64,000 nucleotides of DNA from the NCBI RefSeq assembly GCF_009914755.1, contig NC_060927.1, one strand, 5' to 3'. The notes under the pieces were generated by a model. That model searched no databases. It was not told the origin of the DNA and was given only the letters and a program-made list of their open reading frames with translations. The translations under genes were made by a program, and so were the position numbers. This DNA comes from the human T2T-CHM13v2.0 reference genome, Homo sapiens. Each line of letters starts with the position of its first letter. The stretch's first letter is position 1. Positions 14,200-28,325 of this stretch are shown piece after piece.

Positions 14200-14871
14200 A
14201 TTTATTTATTTATTTATTTTTTAACCTTTTTTTTTTTTTTTGAGATGGAGTCTCGCTCTGTCACCCAGGCTGGCCTGCAATGGCACAATCTCGGCTCACT
14301 TGCAAGCTCCGCCTCCCGGATTCAGGCCATTCTCCTGCCTCAGCCTCCCGAGTAGCTGGGACTACAGGTGCCTGCAACCACACTCGGCTAATTTTTTGTA
14401 TTTTTAGTAGAGACGGGGTTTCACCATGTTAGCCAGGACGGTCTCGGTCTCCTGACCTCATGATCTGCCTGCCTTGGCTTCCCAAAGCGCTGGGATTACA
14501 GGTGTGAGCCACCACGCCCGGCCTATTTTTTAACCTTTAAGTTCAGGGGTACATGGTTAGGTAAATTTGTGTCATGGAGGTTTGTTGTACGGATTATTTT
14601 GTCACCCAGGTATTAAGCCTAGTACCCATTTGTTATTTTTCCTGTCTTACCCCTCCTCCCACCCTCCACCCTCTGGTAGTCCCTAGTGTCTGTTGTTCCC
14701 CTCTATATGTCCATGTGTTCTTATCATTTAGCTCTCACTTACATGTGAGAATATGCAGTATTTGGTTTTCTGTTCCTGCATTAGTTTACTGAGGATAATG
14801 GCCTCTAGCTCCATCTATGTTCCTGCAAAGGACAAAATCTCATTCTTTGTAATGGCTGCATAGTATTTCAT
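14200..14871 (-). mobile_element. Older L1PA (PA13-16-like) 3' end, containing an AluY
   Basis: (ttta)n tail, then aagttcaggggtacat...ttttgtcacccaggtattaagcctagtaccc...ggctgcatagtatt. Confidence 0.85.
14230..14524 (-). mobile_element. AluY
   Basis: gcaagctccgcctcccg...ccattctcc and ttagccaggacggtctc diagnostics; 15-bp TSD tattttttaaccttt. Confidence 0.93.
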
Positions 14872-14879
14872 TGGACTTT

Positions 14880-15628
14880 GGTCCAAGATGGCCAAATAGG
14901 AACAGCCCCAGTCTACAGCTTCCAGCGTGAGCAACTCAGAAGACAGGTGATTTCTGCATTTCCAACAGAGGTGCCAGGTTCATCTCACTGGGGCTCGTCG
15001 GACAGTGGGTGCAGGACAGTGGGTGCAGTGCACCAAGTGTGAGCTGAAGCAGGGCGAGGCATCACCTCACCCAGGAAGCGCAAGGGGTCACAGAATTCCC
15101 TTTCATAGCCAAGCAAAGCTGTGACAGACGGCACCTGGAAAATTGGGTCATTCCCACCCTAATACTGCGCTTTTCCAACGGTCTTAGCAAACGGCACACC
15201 AGGAGATTATGTCCTGCACCTGGCTCGGAGGGTCCCATGCCCACGGAGCCTCACTCATTGCTAGCACAGCAGTCTGAGATCAAACTGCAAGGTGGCAGTG
15301 AGGCTGGGGGAGGGGCGCCCGCCATTGCTGAGGCTTGAGTAGGTAAACAAAGCGACTGGGAAGCTAGAACTGGATGGAGCCCACCGCAGCTCAAGGAGGC
15401 CTGCCTGCCTCTGTAGACTCCACCTCTCGGGGCAGGGCATAGCCAAACAAAAGGCAGCAGAAACCTCTGCAGACTTAAATGTCCCTGTCTGACAGCTTTG
15501 AAGAGAGTAGTCGTTCTCCCAGCACGGAGTTTGAGATCTGAGAATGGACAGACTGCCTCCTCAAGTGGGTCCCTGACTCCCCAGTAGCCTATCTGGGAGG
15601 CCTCCCCCAGTAGGGGCAGAGTGACACC
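14880..15628 (+). mobile_element. L1PA (about PA4-7) 5'UTR only, 3'-truncated
   Basis: Starts at ccaagatggccaaataggaacagc (YY1 site at the L1 5' end) and ends abruptly at ggggcagagtgacacc, before ORF1. Confidence 0.9.
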
Positions 15629-15944
15629 CCAAAATTTAAAATAACAATTGACTACATAATTATTTGGGCTGAGTTGGTTTTATTTTTTTTTCTTCATGAG
15701 GTGTCAGCTTGGGTGCTAGAAAGACAGGTCATTTGGAATCTCAATGCAGACTTAGAGGTGGAAACTGGGGGCCCTTGGTTCTTCTCCACGTGGCTGCTTG
15801 GATTACCTTGCTGTTTGGCATCTGAGTTCCTTAATGAAATACTCCAAGAGTAAACAATCCAAGAAGGAGAAAGTGGAAGCTTTCAGGCCAGTTAAGAGTA
15901 GGCCCAGAATTGGTAGCACCATTTCCACCATATTCTGTTCATTG
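15629..15944. mobile_element. MLT1 (MaLR) LTR remainder (first part ~14161-14200)
   Basis: cagttattgattgttgtgaaacaaagcacctcccaaa (14163-14200) continues here as ...cttctccacgtggctgcttgg...ggcccagaattggtagcaccatttccaccatattctgtt. Confidence 0.65.
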
Positions 15945-16129
15945 ATTGTGAAGATTAATGAAATAAAATTTAAGTACTTTACGCAGACCCTAGTTCATAA
16001 TAAACCTTTATTCAGGTTTTGCTAATGTTGATATTACACCAGTATACAGTTATAACTAAGATTACAGGAAATGGTGTCAGGGCAGCTGGATTGAGACTTA
16101 AGAAAATGAAACATATGTAGGCACTATAA

Positions 16130-16410
16130 ATGGAGAGTCTTTAAAGGTCATCTGGTCAACCTAACTCACTTTACAATTCTATAAAAGCAGTCTCAAAGAG
16201 GGGCAGGACTTACTCAAGGTTACACAGTTTATGGAAGAGTTGAAACTTAGGCTCCTACCTAGACCATTGTTTTTTAGAGTGGACAAGTTTCTTCCTTTCT
16301 CTGGGGCTTCAGTTCCTCCGTCTGTAAAATGGAGACAGCAATAGTACTTCTCTTAAAGTGGTGTTGTAAGGATTTCATGAGTTGATACATGTAAAGTACT
16401 TGTTACTGTG
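16130..16410. mobile_element. Two adjacent MIR fragments in opposite orientation
   Basis: 16130-16275 antisense (gacttactcaaggttacacag); 16280-16410 sense (cagttcctccgtctgtaaaatggag). Confidence 0.65.
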
Positions 16411-16829
16411 TTTTAAAAGTATGTTCGATAACTGATACCACTTCTACATCAATTCTTCTAATATTATTATTTTCATCATTATCATTACTCCATACTGTTT
16501 ATAGGAGCTGCTTGAGTACATCTTGGTTGGATTGATGTTATTCTGGATTTTGAGTCCAAGTTTTATTTCACACAATATCCCCCCAGAGTAGGAGTCTGGC
16601 ATTAATTAAAGATGAAATTAATTTTACTACACTCAGCACCCTTGCCAGCTCTGTATCCTTTCTTTTCTACTTGTGAAGAGGCCACATGCTATTCAGTGCA
16701 CCGAAGGTCTGCCAATTCGTAGTGAAGCTGGTTTGAGTATTTCCTGCAACCACCAGAGAAACCATCCTTGTGACCTTAAACACAATTTTTATACCAACGA
16801 TCTCTATGTTAGTAGATGCAGTCTGGAAT

Positions 16830-18160
<1,331 letters not shown>

Positions 18161-19459
18161 AAGTTTTAGAGTTTAACTAAAATAAATTGCCATCAAACCA
18201 GGAAAGCCGTCTCTAAAGGCTATAATGTCTCTTATCTCATCCACTCATGTGGCTTCCATACAAGTTCTACATAATTACTTCTCCAACAATTCTTCCATTT
18301 CTTTTTTCTTTCTCTCTCTCTCTTTCTTCCATACTCCAACTTTAATATATAGCTCCCTACAAAATATTTCCATGTGGATAACCCAAAAACATGAAATTTA
18401 ACATGTTGAAACTTGAATTCTTAATCCACTGTATTCTCTTCCTTCTCTTGTGTGCACTATCTTGGCTAATGACATCACCATCCATTGAATCATTTAATTC
18501 AAAAACCATTGATGTAGAATGTTATTAGTCAGATTGAGGCCTCAGAGTTACTAGAATTAGTCACAAACACAGAAGCAAAATAACACCATTTTTCGGTCAC
18601 TGTTTCAGATAAAAAGCAGACAAATACTTATATTTAACCATGGCTGCTGAGACGATGCAAGATGAAGAACTAAAATTGTATGCAAAGGTATAATTTTAGT
18701 GATGGGCCATAAAATCTCATTTAGGTAAGGAATAAATTGAGTACATGGGGGTATTGTACAGTAAAAAGAGGTTCAATAATTAGATTAAAAGTTAAAGTTG
18801 GTGGAGTTGAATAATTGTCAGAATCAAGATACCAAAGTTAGAGAGCTGGAAATATAGGCAAGTTTTTGAAATTTTGATTTTGGAAATGGTATATCTATTA
18901 GTAATAAGATGTAAGTTATTATTTACATTATATATTAATGTTATTACTAAATTATTTCCAAGTTATAAACATAGAAAATGAGTGGGAGCAGTATCATGGA
19001 AAACAAGAAAATTGGAGGTGAGGATGTAAAAAAATGAAGAGGCTAGAACACTGAGTATGCTATATTTGGGGTTACTGATTTCATTAAGGAGATGACAGAC
19101 ATACTAGCAGAGAGGAAGATAGTAAGCAGGATGCCATTTTTCAGTGGCTCTGAGGAAGTGACTGGGATGCAGTGGATAGCTTTAGACTTCCATAGACCAA
19201 GAGTTCACCCAAATTCCTTAAATCTGGTCTCTTCCCAAGATGTATTTATTGATTTTCCTCTAAAATCAGTTGATTTTTCTCCATCTTTTCTGCCGCTGTC
19301 TTAGTTCATATTCATGTAATTTCAAACCAGGTTATTACAATAGTCTCTAAATTGTTTTTTAAACCTCTGTGAATCCCAAACAGATTTTTTTTTAAATGAG
19401 AAAATTTGTTAAACTAATAAATGAATAAATAGCATTTTTCTTAGTTGGTGATAATATAA

Positions 19460-20190
19460 TATAGCCAACACTACTTATTGCCTCTCCAGAATGCATTGCC
19501 ATCTTGTTTTTGCTTAATAGCAAAATCTTTTTATTTTTTTCAGGTATCTGCTCTACATTCATGTGCTTACAGGAAAACTAAAACCATTTCCTGTGCAAAG
19601 AATGCCAGATTAGGTCATGGACAGTGTTTCTCAAAAAGGATCTCTTGACATTTTAGTTGATACTATTCTTCCTTGTGCAGGGGTGTCCATGCATTGCTAA
19701 ATATTTAGAAGCCCAGATATGTTCTGCGAAATATCGATAGAGTATCCAGACATTGTGACAAGAAAAATGCCTCATAGTATTATTGTCTAATTGTGAACCA
19801 TGAGTCTAAGTATGCAGAGAAGATATGGGATCCAATACTGACTATTAAGAAGTAAAGAAAATTGTATTGGGAAACACCTATGAAAAGTTTATTCATATTT
19901 TCTGGAAGACCACAGTAAGACACGCCCTTTTCCTCTGGAGTATGTCAGGTCCATGTTGATCACCTTGACTGCTATCTTGCTACCATCCTGGAAATGAAAC
20001 CATCCTCAAGCATGTTGAACTGGAAGAATACCGAAACCCAGAGTCTTTGTGAATTGCTAAATCAAATGACTCTGAGGTTCATACTATCTTGGGATTTCCT
20101 TTTGTATCAGATAACAAAATTTTTCACATTTATACTAGTTTCACTAGGGATTTCCATTACTTATAGCTCAAAGCACCCTAAGTAATCCAT
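19460..20190. mobile_element. Old MLT1 LTR with a nested MER20-like element (~19622-19802)
   Basis: MLT1-type end (tttccattacttatagctcaaagcaccctaagtaat). Nested cagtgtttctcaa...ttgacatttt...ttgtgacaagaaaaatg...gaacca. Confidence 0.55.
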
Positions 20191-21584
20191 ATAATATACT
20201 GGTCCTTAAACTTACCTGAATAAAAGGGAAATTTTAAACCAGATAGCTTATTATTGTTGAAAGGTAAAACCAAATTTGTATTACAAGGTATTTCTCTCTC
20301 TTTCTCCTCCTAATCCATTCAGATAATTGATTTAAAGGCAGAGAAAAAAACATTTGGAAAAAATAACAGGCGGCTTTGTTGCTTCAATCAAATATATATC
20401 GACTTCTTTGCTAGAGGAAATGAGAAATAAGCTTCTGTCTCCTACAGCTTATTGGTAGAATCAGTCCTTTGCTATTTCTAGATTGATCCATTATCTTCAT
20501 TATCTTTCCCCCTCTTTTTTTCTTTAAAAGAAAAGAGGCTGCTTTTTGGGAGGAGCTGGATACAAGGACCAACCAATGTATCAATTTCAACTTTTTAGTG
20601 GACACAATGGAGTAAGTCAAAAGGACTTTTTGGTTATCACAAGAAACAAATTCTTTCCAGAGAAGTTCTCTGCATCCATAAGCAGAAGAAAGGAGGCTCC
20701 AACCAGTCTTTAGGGCCAATTTCACAGTTCAGGTGTATTTTTGACTCACTAGCTACAGGTAGGAACAATGCACAGCAGAACACCAGAGAGAAAAGTAAAG
20801 AGGGAAACTTGGCTGAAAGTAAGGAAGTTTTACAAGGTCAAGTCTTTTTTTCTGAGTGATTCAATGTGTAACTTACTTGAAAGCACTGATGATAGAGTTA
20901 ACACGTTGTTGCAGGACTTATGCAGAAATAGAAACTGCATCTCTTTGATGTATTCCTTTTGGAGAAGCCTTCATCTAGTAGATCACAGTGGAGGAGAGTT
21001 TTAGTTCTCCCAGTCTTGATTCTGTCCCTTGAAGAGGTTAGGAAATAGGGCTGTAAACTTCCTCCTGGAACATGTAAATGAGAGATAAATCTACATTCCT
21101 TTGAAGACTGTTTGGATATTCATCAGGCATTCCTGAAATGTAATCACTCTATTTAAACAGCTCTTAGATAGTTGAAATTGCCTGCCAGTAAAAGGAGGAA
21201 GTGGGGGGACAGAGAGAAGCTGGCTTGAATTGCAGGGATGAGGGTTTTAGGGATGCTGGAGGTCTAAAACTGTCCTCCAAGAGTCTTGACTATAATCATT
21301 CTCCTTCTATCCTTTCGGGCAGTTTCCCAGTGAGCGCACTCTACTTTTATGCAGTGACATCTCCCCGTTTCTAGCAAGCTCTACTGGTAACAGAAACAAA
21401 CCACGTAATATTCCACTACTGTGATATAATAGGCCTCTTAGCTTTTCTCAGCTTGCTTCAATATTCATCTGAGTAAAACTTAAGTTTTCTAAGTTTTTTT
21501 TTTTAAATGATACGTTATCTCCTTCCATTTTTCAAAGGGTTAAAACTGTTTGTTGTCTCTGGTAAAAACTTGTAGTGGATATTT

Positions 21585-21650
21585 GTCTTTTTCTTTTCTC
21601 TCTCTTTCTCTTTTTCTCTCTCTCTCTCTCTCTCTCTCTTTTCTCTTTCT
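21585..21650 (+). repeat. (CT)n / polypyrimidine microsatellite
   Basis: Directly visible. Confidence 0.9.
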
Positions 21651-22221
21651 GACTTCCCAGCAGCTCCTCCTTCTTTCTGTTATTGGAAGGTTTCAGAGCC
21701 CACTTCTTACTGTACAAACTTAAAATTGGAGAACGTAGTTTCCTATTCACTCTTTTAGGAAGGACTCAGACATGTGACATAAGCTTAACAATCAGATAAA
21801 CTTGAACCCAGAGATAGTTACAAAAAGGATGGTAGAGGAGAATCCCTTCTGTTGTTCGTCCATTGGTATACTTTCCTGGCGTGCGCTGCCAGCAGCAGCA
21901 GGCTGTGTCTCCTCCCGGCAGCAGGAGGTGCTGTGCAAGGTGAGTCATCCAGTATTGGACTGTAGTTGCTGCCATGCTCACAGGACTGGTTCTGTGGGAC
22001 GGTTTGACTTATGAAAATGGCTGCCTAACTTACCCTATTTCTTCCTGTTTTCTGAATCCTATTCTTAAGGCTGCTGTGCTCAGGTATATATATGTGGCCA
22101 TTTTCGACATCTTTTAATATGTACCTCATGATTCATCAAAGTTAATGTTTTCACTGCCTCCTGAATTCATTTTCAAAGTAAATCCATTCCTAGTTCACTA
22201 TCAGGTGAAGAAACTTTAAAT

Positions 22222-22406
22222 CAGTGGTAATCAACTAGGGATGATTTTATTCCAAGGGGGACATTTGGAAATCTCTGGAGATAATATTGGTTGTGTTTTT
22301 CACAACAGAGAGGGTGGTACTGGCATATAGTGGGGAGCACAAGACAGACCCCCACAACAAAGAAATATCTACCCTAGGCTTTATTTTGCTGAGGGTGAGA
22401 AACCCT
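22222..22406 (+). mobile_element. MER20 (hAT-Charlie)
   Basis: cagtggtaatcaactagggatgatttt...gggggacatttgg...gagggtgagaaaccctg. Confidence 0.8.
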
Positions 22407-22429
22407 GTTTTAAAGACAGACAGCTGCAA

Positions 22430-22590
22430 GCTTCTGTTGGTGGCCTGGTTATTTACAGTTGTGTGATCTTGAACAAGACATTTAACCTCTATATGCAGTA
22501 TCCACATTTGTAAAGTAGGGGTCATGTTTTTTGGAATCAAATGAAAATGTGTAGAAAATATCATGCCAGTGCATAGCAGATGTGCACTGA
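22430..22590 (+). mobile_element. MIR
   Basis: gtgtgatcttgaacaagacatttaacctct...catttgtaaagtaggg. Confidence 0.65.
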
Positions 22591-25500
22591 GTGTTGGGTT
22601 GCTTTCTCCCTTCCTGTCTTTCCTTCTTGGTCTTTTCCTATTATACAGAAATGAGTTTGGAAGTTATTTTAAACTCTCTTGTCACCAAAATTCTTCTTTC
22701 TATTTTAATCTTGCCATCTTTTGTAATTCAGCTTCACTTTCTCAAGTATCCCCAGGAGAAATTTCTTTTATTAGCTCCCTATGAACCATCAAGCAGTACA
22801 TATAGTACATAACTTTGTTTTTAATTTCACTATCAATTTTATGTGTGTACATCTCCCACTTAAAGCAACATTTCCTTGAGAGCAGGGCTCACATCTTATG
22901 ACATCATAGGGTTTAACACTACACAATTGTGCATGGTAGGTGTTAAATGGTTGCTGATATATCTGTTGAATAAAATAATTCATTGGCTAGCCCCAAGTGT
23001 AGATATGACGGTTCAACTATGCAATTGTTCTGGCAAAGGGCGATACCTTTGAAGGTATTTCCTGTATCTCACCACTTCCCTTCCACTTCACACTTCATTC
23101 TGGCAAATCCTGCTTTGCAAATACCATTTTATTGCACTTTGTTTTGGTAATTAATCTAAGAAGCAAGACAAATTTAGGAAATGGAGTTGCTCCTTCTTGC
23201 CTCCTTTTTGCAAAGCCAGGTCACTGTCTGTCCAGGTATGTATATGATACATATAATATGCTCATTTTAACAATGGTTTCCTATTGTTTTATGCAAAGTG
23301 CTGATTATAATGGGAATGGTTTTAGGCTAGAGAAAGGAGGGTGGATGGTACCATCATCAATTTGTGTCATGCATGGATGGCTGTTGGTTGGGCTCCAAGT
23401 GAATTATAACTACAGTTGAGTTTACCTGATTATTTCTATTGCTTCCTCCACTGTTTGGTTCCAATCTGTAACTCAAGTTTCCTCTGATTTGCCTCTTAAA
23501 TATAAAGTTACCAATCTGTGTGTGTCTCTCTCACTCTATTTCTGTCATCTATCTTTAAAATCCCTCAATGGAGTTTCACATTTTAGCAGGGGCTGGGAAA
23601 GTGGGGAATAAAGTTAAATTTCCTATCTGGTCTTCCCAAACTGCTTTTGGATTATCTATCCAACCCCATTTATAGCAACTTACCATTTCAGAACTTTTCC
23701 CTCTAGAAACAGTTATTTTTATATTATGCTTCCTTCATACACAACATACACATGAGCAGACACACACACACATATCTCATGCTGTTATGCAATCAATGCT
23801 TTGCTCATGCCATTTCTTCTTACTTGAATACCTTTTCTTCTCTTCTGTGCTCAACTTCTCCCTGCTCATTCATATGCCATTTGCTCTATAACCATCTCTA
23901 CCATAGGCTTAACTAAGCACCCTAGTTTAGTGCTTCTGCTACTGAAATTATTTTTTTCCCTGGTGCTGAAACTAATTATTATAGAATCTGTCTTCCCTTC
24001 TAGACTGTGATGTCATGGAAGGCTCTAAATTCACCAGTGACCAGGGAAAAACAGTTTGTTGCATAAAACTGAACATGCAGTGAAAACCAGGAGTCTGTTA
24101 GCTGCATGTTTTTTTTTTTGTGGTAGGATGGTTGCCTAACTTTAAGTGGGAAAATATTATCTGTTATCAATGACCTCTTGGAGTACAGTGTAGAAGAAAT
24201 CTGATGCCATGATTGATTGGTGATGGGCAGGAGTGCAAGTAGCAGGCTTGTGAATGGAGCCTGTAAATATCAGGCTTTTAGACCCAAGCCTCTGAAAACT
24301 GTATATACTTGGGTTAAAATACCATCTTCAAACCCTCTTTCTTTTCTTTTGTAAGTGGTTTATCAGCTATCACTATTGTGACATACATGTAGAAGTGGTA
24401 TTAATGGGCACTTTGTTTTTTTGCAGTCAAAGGCATCATGTTTTGTTTTTCTGTCCTGGAATCCTGTTAAAATCAAGGAGCAGGTGCTCAATGCTTATTC
24501 TCAGAAGCTTATGGGGAAACTTCAGAGAGCTTACTTTGTGTTTTAAGACTAAGCATTTGGAACTACAGAGTGACCCTGAACCTCGGGTGCTTGAGTCCCC
24601 ACAACAGACCAGGGGAGAAAATGGGGCAGATTTTTGTGTGTGTGTGTGGGGGTCTGTGACTACCTTTGTTGTCCTTTCCCTGCAAAATCTTAAAAGAGGT
24701 GAGCCTCTACCTCTACTATCGCCCCACTGTTCAGATGTACTTAATTAGACTAATTTATCAGGAGACAGATAACTAGAGCAACAAGTTATGCTATATCTAG
24801 TATGACAAGAGATGGCTATTTTCATATCTTTGTTTAAACTTTCAAGAAAATTGATATAAAGTAGTATGCTATGTTCCAAATTTCTAACTCCAGTGACAGA
24901 AATAAAGGAACAGAATGACTCAAGTCTATTACTGCTATGTTCAAATGTAATATTCAAAGCTATGAGAAGGGAAACAGCTTTAACCTAAAAAGGCCAGACC
25001 TTGGCCGATGAATGTTTTTTATACCTGGGGAACAGTGCATTCAGAAATGGAAGACATGAGCAAATGAAAAGATTCATGTATCAGTGATGTGCAGGAGCAC
25101 TACAAGGCAGGGGATGTAAAGAGAAATGAAGCAATCTCTGAACTTATACGCTTATGTTTTAATGGAGGAGTCAAGACATGTACATAATTAATGGTAAAGC
25201 AGACTACAGTGTGTATTGTACTAGCAGTGCAGGTAAAATGCTGAGAGAGCACAGTGAATGAATACTGACTTCAGGAGTCAGTATTTATATAATCTTCAAT
25301 AGGAGAAGGAGGAGAGAAATTGGATTCTGCATTGAATAAATATCTAAGCAGAGATATAGGGGATTTTAGATCAGTTCTCAGACTACTTTCCATGTGCTAA
25401 GTACTGTGCTAGGTCCTAGAAATAAAGGGATATGAGTAAAATATAGTTCCTGGCACTGAGGGAGAATATTTAGGCTAGTTTGGATGAAATATTGACATAA

Positions 25501-25639
25501 AGGATAAGTAGTTAAAATATAGAGTATAATTAGATAATTAAAAGATTTGAATGAAAACAAAGGAGTTGAGTTTACTTGATTTACTTGATTCTTCTTTGCT
25601 TATTAAAGGCTTTGGGGAATGGAAGTGACATGATATTTT

Positions 25640-25960
25640 TTTCTTTTTTTCTTTTTTTTTTTTTTTTTTTTGAGATAGAGTGCCACTCTGTCACCCATGC
25701 TGGAGTGCAGGGGTGCAATCAAGGCTCGCTACAGTCTCAACCTCCCGGCCTCAAACGATCTGCTCATGTCAGCCTCTCAGGTACCTGGGACCACAGGTAT
25801 GCACAACCATACCCAGCTAATTTTTTATTTTTAAATTTTTTGTAGAGATGAGGTCTTTCTATATTGCCCTGGCTGATCTCAAACACTTGGGCTCAGGCAA
25901 TCCTTCTACTTCAGCCTCCCAAAGTGTTGGGATTGCAGGCATGATCCACCATGCCCAGCC
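25640..25960 (-). mobile_element. AluJ
   Basis: Diverged dimer; TSD cat(g/a)atattttt. Confidence 0.92.
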
Positions 25961-26303
25961 ATAATATTTTTATTTGTTTTAATTGCATGTTACCTCTAAT
26001 GTTACTTGAAACTCTTTAATGAAAGCTATTTAATTATTTAGAAAGTATACTGAAGTATCATTAATTTGGATTCTGTTTTTTTCATAATTCCAACAGGTTT
26101 GTATTAAAATTTGCTTTTGCATTTTCTATGAGGAAAGGATTTGATTTTCTAAATGACAAATAGCATAATTGAGATTCTTGGAGGAATATTTTCATTTCAA
26201 ACTTGTTTTAAGCACTTAAAACATTTGTTTGCATGTCTGTGGTATATTTGCTCATGGTTAGAACTTCATTAATGCTGAGTTAGTTAAAGATTAATATAAT
26301 TAA

Positions 26304-26682
26304 TGATATAGCCTGGCTCTGTGTCCCCACCCACATCTCATTCCAAATTGTAATTCCCAGTGTTGGAGGAGAGGCCTGGTGTGAGGTTATTGAATCATGG
26401 GGGTGGACTTCCCCCTTGCTGTTCTTGTGATAGAGTTCTCATGGGATCTGGTTGTTTGAAAGTGTGTGGCACCTTCCCCCTTCTCTCCCTCTCCTGCCAG
26501 CCATATGAAGATGTGCCGGCCTGTCCTTCACCTTCTGCCATGATGGTAGGTTTCCTGAGACTTCCGCAGAAGCAGAAGACTGTACAGCCCACAGAACCAG
26601 GAGCCGATTAAGCCTCTTTTTTTTTAAGTAAATTATACAATCTCAGATATATTTTTATAGCAGTGTGAGAATGGACTAATTA
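26304..26682 (+). mobile_element. MST (MSTA-like MaLR) solo LTR
   Basis: tgatatagcctggctctgtgtccccacc...ttatagcagtgtgagaatggactaat; attaa on both flanks. Confidence 0.9.
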
Positions 26683-26894
26683 ATTAATATATCCTATAAT
26701 CTAGGTTGTAAGTTATTTGATACCGTCATTTCAGAAAAAAACTAATTGGATTGGTGAGTGTTTTAACTTTTATATTATCTTTTGAGATAGAACTATTTTG
26801 GGAATTTAAGTCTAGTTTGAAGCTAGGGCTCTAAAATAATCTTATTATTTCACGGGAAAGCCCACATACCTACCACCTATATAACTTCTTCAAT

Positions 26895-27966
26895 AGTAGT
26901 AAAAAGCCTGCCAACCAGAAAAAGCCTAGAACCAGATGGATTCACAGCCAAATTTTACCAGCGGTACAAAGAAGATCTGATACCATTCCCACTGAAACTA
27001 TTCAAAAAAATTGAGGAGGAGGGACTCCTCTCTAATTCATTCTATGAGGCCAGCATCATCTTAATACCAAAACCTGGGAAACAGAACAAAAAAGAAAACT
27101 TCAGCCCAATAGCCTTGATGAACAGAGATGCAAAAATCTTCAACAAAATACCAGCAAACCGAATCCAGAATCATATCAAAAAGCTAGTCCACCATGATCA
27201 AGTAGGCTTTATCTCTGGGATGCAAGGTTGCTCAACACATGCACACCAATAAATGTGATTAATCACATAAACAGAACTAAACACAAAAACCAAATGATCA
27301 TTTCAATAGATGCAGAAAAGGCTTTCAATAAAATTCAACATCCCTTCATGTTAAAAACTCTCAACAAAATAGGCACTGAAGGAACATACCTCAAAATAAT
27401 AAAGCCATCTGTGAAAAATCCATAGTCAACATCATACTGAATGGACAAAAGCTAGAACTATTCCCCTTAAAAACCAGAACAAGACAAGGATGCCCTCTTT
27501 TACCAATTTTATTCAACATAGTACTGGAAGTCCCAGCCAGAGCAAACACGCAAAATAAATAAATAAAAGCCATCAAAATAGGAAGAGAGGAAGGCAAACT
27601 GTCTCTGTTTGCAGACAATATGACGTTATACCTAGAAAACCCCACAGTGTCTGCCTAAAAGCTCCTTGATCTGATAAACAACTTTAGCAAAGTTTCAGGA
27701 TACAAAAATCAGTGTACAAAAATCAGTAGCATTCTTACACACCAACAACATCAAGCTGAGAGCCAAATCAAGAATGCAACTCCATTCACAATTGCCATGA
27801 AAGGAAAAAAATACCTAGGAGTACGGCTAAACTAGAGAGGTGAAAGAGCTCTACAATGAGAATTACAAAACACTGTTCGAAGAAATCATAGATGACATAA
27901 ATGGAGAAATACTCTCTGCTCATGGATAGGAAGAATCAATATTGTTAAAATGGCCATACTGCCCAA
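26895..27966 (+). mobile_element. Internal L1 ORF2 (RT-domain) fragment, older L1PA/L1PB
   Basis: Co-linear with ORF2 from about LPTRKS.PDGFTA to KMAILP; ORF 27228-27425 contains [18 protein letters not shown]. No 3'UTR or poly(A). Confidence 0.92.
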
Positions 27967-28084
27967 TTGGTTCTCTAGGAACCAATTCCCAGTTCCACCA
28001 CCAACCAGGTAGATTTTTCCCTGCCAACACACACACTCCCTCCAGTGAATTGTTAAAGCAGCTTTACAGAATTTATGTCAAGAT

Positions 28085-28325
28085 CTCTGATTATGGATGC
28101 AGAGGGACCTCCATTCAACTTACTGGCTCTCCTACCACTGGTTGTGCTGTGTGACCTTGGGAAAGCTCTTCATCTCTCTGAATCTCATTTTTATATTCTG
28201 CAAATTGGGTCTGACAACTAGCTCATAGTAATTCTTTTGAGGACTAAATAAAGAACATAGATATGAAAGGCACATTGTTGGGCATGTAGCAATTTGATTG
28301 TTGATTGTCATTTTAAATGATTATT
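28085..28325 (+). mobile_element. MIR
   Basis: gctgtgtgaccttgggaaagctcttcatctctctgaatctca. Confidence 0.7.
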
